A DNA stretch of 64,000 nt from an uncultured delta proteobacterium (lineage in GTDB: Bacteria > Desulfobacterota > BSN033 > UBA1163): NCBI GenBank assembly GCA_963708295.1, contig CAVPSJ010000013.1, positions 263,317 to 327,316 of the forward strand, given 5' to 3'. Each line of letters opens with the position of its first letter. Position 1 is the stretch's first letter. Shown here in pieces: positions 61,239 through 64,000 of this stretch. A program made the position numbers and the translations under genes. The notes below the pieces were generated by a model. It made no database searches and was not told the origin of the DNA. It was given only the letters and a program-made list of their open reading frames with translations.

Positions 61239-61970
61239 GATGGCCCACCCGAGGCTGCTTGTGCTAGACCAGTTCATGGTGACGGTGCCGCCTCCATCCG
61301 GGCCCGGTTCGGTACTATCACCACCTATAACGTCATAGTAACTACCACTACTTGTGGCCCTGTTCCAGCGCTGGGTTTGGCCGGATCCTGGCGAGATTGC
61401 GGGGCTTGCATTGCGTCTCGCTACCGTGTCTATCACAACGTCACCTTCATTGACGGTCGTGACGTTTACGCTTGGTGTAGTACTCGTACCCGTTGCAGAA
61501 AAGAAAGTGCCAGGCGGAATAGTTTGGCTCGCACCTGTAAATGAGATAGCTCCGGCGACGAAGTTTGTTGTCCCCGAAAGCGTGACGACGACGTTGTTTG
61601 GTCCCGTAGCCGGACCTGCTAAGGCCCATGTCTCGGAGCGAACAAATCCAAGCCGAAGCGGAAATAAACTCTCAAACCAAAATCCGCTAATGCCGCCGAC
61701 AGAGGTGAGAGCATTTCCACCATAAGTTACACTTGTAACAGTATAATTATTGAAGCCCGTGGTACAGATTGACACCCCAACGACCAGGAGGCGGTTCGTA
61801 CCTGCTGCACCAATTGTGTGCGAAAAGGTGAGGCTATTCGATGCAGCACCGCCCGTATCTGCACTTGAGACCGAATCAAGGTTGATCCCTTGTGCCTGGA
61901 CCTGTGCAAGCGAAACAAAACAGGCCAAAAAACTAACCAGCATGAGAAAAAAGAAGGTTTTTTTCAGCAT
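58553..61970 (-). CDS. Secreted C25 (gingipain-like) cysteine peptidase, copy 2; frameshift near 61152
   Basis: ORFs 61122-61970 and 58553-61171 join by removing one A (compared with copy 1); intact GHGS and MTC catalytic motifs. Confidence 0.9.
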
Positions 61971-62232
61971 TTATTCCCGCCTCCTTCTAATTAAAATAGG
62001 GTACTTGCCCAGCGATATATCCTTCATGAGATTAGAGTTAAGCTAGTCATGAGCATCTGAATCCTTTGGGATTGACATTTGCCATTCCGATGAAAACGGG
62101 AATCAGAAGGCTGAAAGAAAAACTGGATTTTTTGCTTTGACAGAAATGATGAGCAAAAGAACAAGAATGTTTAAAGCGGACTTCAGGTCGATAATATGGT
62201 TAAGAACCCGTCGCCTTCGAGGCGAGGACGGT

Positions 62233-62790
62233 TTAGTTTATTGATGACATTCCCTTGGTATGTTCTGGATTAGATAAATGAGCCCTCACCCAAAGGATGC
62301 TTTGGATGATCGACCTTTTGAAACGAGATCCACAAAGATGAGCAGTATACAATATTCTTGATTTCCAGCCATCGAGGTCAATGAGATCGCCGTTTCGCTC
62401 AACAGAAACCACTTTACCTAAAGCTTGATCCGCCTCCACAGGTTCATCACAAGTGGACGAAGCGTCACCACGTAAAATAAAAAAGGTACCGAGGACTGAG
62501 TTCTGGGGGTTGAGTAAAGTCTTTTTTCTTCCTATCCGCACCACACGGTGCGCAATCACACCCCTGCCATTATGATGGAGAAGAATGTCTCTTCGCTTGA
62601 CCTGAGATGGGACCACAGGTTCAACGGTGATCCTCTCTCCGTCTTTGATGGTGGGATACATGCTCCATCCCTTCGCATAAAACCGAACACCATAGCCCTG
62701 GCGCAAAAGCCCTGTGGCAACATCCGTGAATAGGCAAAGAGGGCTGGGGGAAGAGGATGGTGAGATGACTCTATCTTTTGAATTCCTCAT
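62233..62790 (-). CDS. S24/S26-family peptidase (Ser/His type, no obvious membrane anchor)
   Basis: GWSMYPTI, VIAHRVV and LRGDA...DEPV...LGKV; ATG 62790 preferred because 62826 lies inside a repeat element. Confidence 0.85.
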   Translation of the reverse strand: MRNSKDRVISPSSSPSPLCLFTDVATGLLRQGYGVRFYAKGWSMYPTIKDGERITVEPVVPSQVKRRDILLHHNGRGVIAHRVVRIGRKKTLLNPQNSVLGTFFILRGDASSTCDEPVEADQALGKVVSVERNGDLIDLDGWKSRILYTAHLCGSRFKRSIIQSILWVRAHLSNPEHTKGMSSIN

Positions 62791-62805
62791 AATTGATGGC
62801 TCAAG

Positions 62806-62939
62806 GACGCCTCTAAGAATTACCAATTTGTCACTTCCGCCCCGTATCCAGTACGGGGTAAACTCCCGCGGGAGGCCGGTATTATTAGGAGCTTCTGGAT
62901 TCCTGCTTTCGCAGGAATGACATTCTTAGGAGTAGCCTC
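62806..62939. mobile_element. MITE/REP-like palindromic element
   Basis: Imperfect terminal inverted repeats (CCTCTAAGAAT / ATTCTTAGGAG) enclosing hairpins CCCCGTATCCAGTACGGGG and ATTCCTGCTTTCGCAGGAAT. Confidence 0.6.
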
Positions 62940-62983
62940 AACATAAGTGTTGCATTGGAAAGGGAGTTGGGGGGGTGAGTCTG

Positions 62984-63865
62984 TCAGGTCAATCCATCAA
63001 TGAACTCTGCTATTCGCTCATCAGGGAAGAACGTCAATTCGTAGCAAGGGATCGTTTTCACGACTTCCTCAAGAAAGGCCAATATGAATTCGATCGCCTG
63101 TTGATGATAGAAGGGAGGGAAGCAGGAGGTAAAAAGGCGCGAGACAGCTTCTGCTTTCCCGAGAGGGACAAGCCTATTTTTTTCTCCATGCCGCAGGAAG
63201 AAGATCTTCGTGAGGTGTCCCTTTTCAGGAGAGGCTATCTCTGCCTCTCCGTGCCAGGGTGTTCCGTACATCCATATCCTTTGACTCTTTCTTCGGAGGA
63301 CAATCCGATCATCACTTAAAATCTTCACCTGGTTTAACTTCTGATAGAGCCTCGCCATGGTTGTCTTGCCCGCTCCTGACTGGCCCACAAAGAGATGGGC
63401 TTCGCCCGACGGAATGAGAACTCCACAGGCATGGACCTCCACGCCCTCTCTCATTGCTAAAAAATGAGTGACGGTGAGTTCGTCCAAGGGGTATTCGAGC
63501 GGGTAAACAGGTTGATCAAGTTTAAAAGAAGAGCAATTAAGAAGGATTTCGCACTGGGTGAATTTGTTATTAAAGGAGGCTATCTTATAGGGATGAGGCC
63601 CAAGGGCGGGAGAGGTGAAACGGAAAAGGTAAGATCCATTCTGCTGATACAATTGCCAAAGGGCACCGGAGTCAAAGATCTTTTTACCCCATGTTCTTTG
63701 AGATAGGTTTCCCCAAAGGGCTTGAATGTTCACATCAGGTTTCCTTGGGGAAACGATAAACTGTCTTCACGGCCCCTCAGGCTGGACTTTCATATGAGGG
63801 CTATCAGCAGCGATGTGAAGGGTAATGTCTGCGACTCTGATAAAGAATGAGGAGTGAGTGCTCAT
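62984..63865 (-). CDS. HPr-kinase-related P-loop protein (ScmC/PadeK-like); in-frame TGA at 63767-63769, probably a sequence error
   Basis: VHACGV, GQSGAGKTT, LSDDRIVLR and YGTPWHG; upstream ATG 63865 with RBS GAGGA is in the same frame. Confidence 0.8.
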
Positions 63866-63889
63866 TGTGCAATCCTCGTCCTCGTGGAT

Positions 63890-64000
63890 TTAAGAACCAT
63901 TACTAAGGCAAGAAAGGGTGGAACAAGCGGATGACAGTGGCCCGGCGACCTGTGGTGCTCTTACAAAATCCCAAAACCGCCTCTTCGGGTCTCAGCGGCA
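63890..64000 (-). CDS. Putative RiPP-like precursor peptide, 5' part outside the window, one indel near 63950
   Basis: Reads ...PLRPEEAVLGFCKSTT(G)/AGPLSSACSTLSCLSNGS*; stop lies 24 nt before the kinase start. Confidence 0.65.

Noticed and set aside
57580-61970. Diversity-generating retroelement acting on the C25 N-domains
   Set aside because: No reverse transcriptase or template repeat in the window, and the differences include indels and are not adenine-specific.
63767-63769. In-frame TGA in the kinase gene as selenocysteine
   Set aside because: It is not in a Cys-type redox motif, no convincing SECIS hairpin follows, and GAGGGGCCGTGAAGA is easily explained by compensating indels in an error-rich region.
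1-64000. CRISPR array, tRNA/rRNA genes, prophage or intact transposase
   Set aside because: No regularly spaced repeats, cloverleaf or rRNA signatures, or integrase/transposase/phage structural motifs were seen.

Overview
A 64 kb chromosomal window from an anaerobic, probably deltaproteobacterial (Desulfobacterota/Syntrophobacteria-like) genome; the taxonomy is inferred from gene content only. Many single-base indels split otherwise intact genes, which points to an unpolished long-read assembly. Contents from left to right: an RND efflux pair, ispG, a CDP-alcohol phosphatidyltransferase, purC, MFS transporters, c-di-GMP signalling genes (two HD-GYP proteins, PilZ), mltD, a B12 radical SAM enzyme, an aromatic-catabolism patch (TAXI and TTT binding proteins, amidohydrolase-type decarboxylase, bzdP/Q/M without bzdN/O), and a metal-cofactor region (moeA, mobB, modEABC, nikMNQO-cooT-DUF3842, a Mo/W-bisPGD enzyme, mocA-yqeB-yqeC, xdhC). 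The right end carries a minus-strand cassette: a small Cys-containing, Ser-terminated precursor-like peptide missed by the ORF track, an HPr-kinase-related protein, a Ser/His S26-type peptidase, and two tandem secreted gingipain-like (C25) proteins with near-identical bodies but variable N-terminal domains. The best novelty candidates are (1) this RiPP-like/C25 cassette, (2) a twice-repeated GCCACGAAGG...CGTGGC-U6 attenuator-like RNA element in the nickel-uptake operon, and (3) a stand-alone small RNA with a perfect sigma70 promoter and a C-rich loop. No rRNA, tRNA, CRISPR array or intact transposase was seen.
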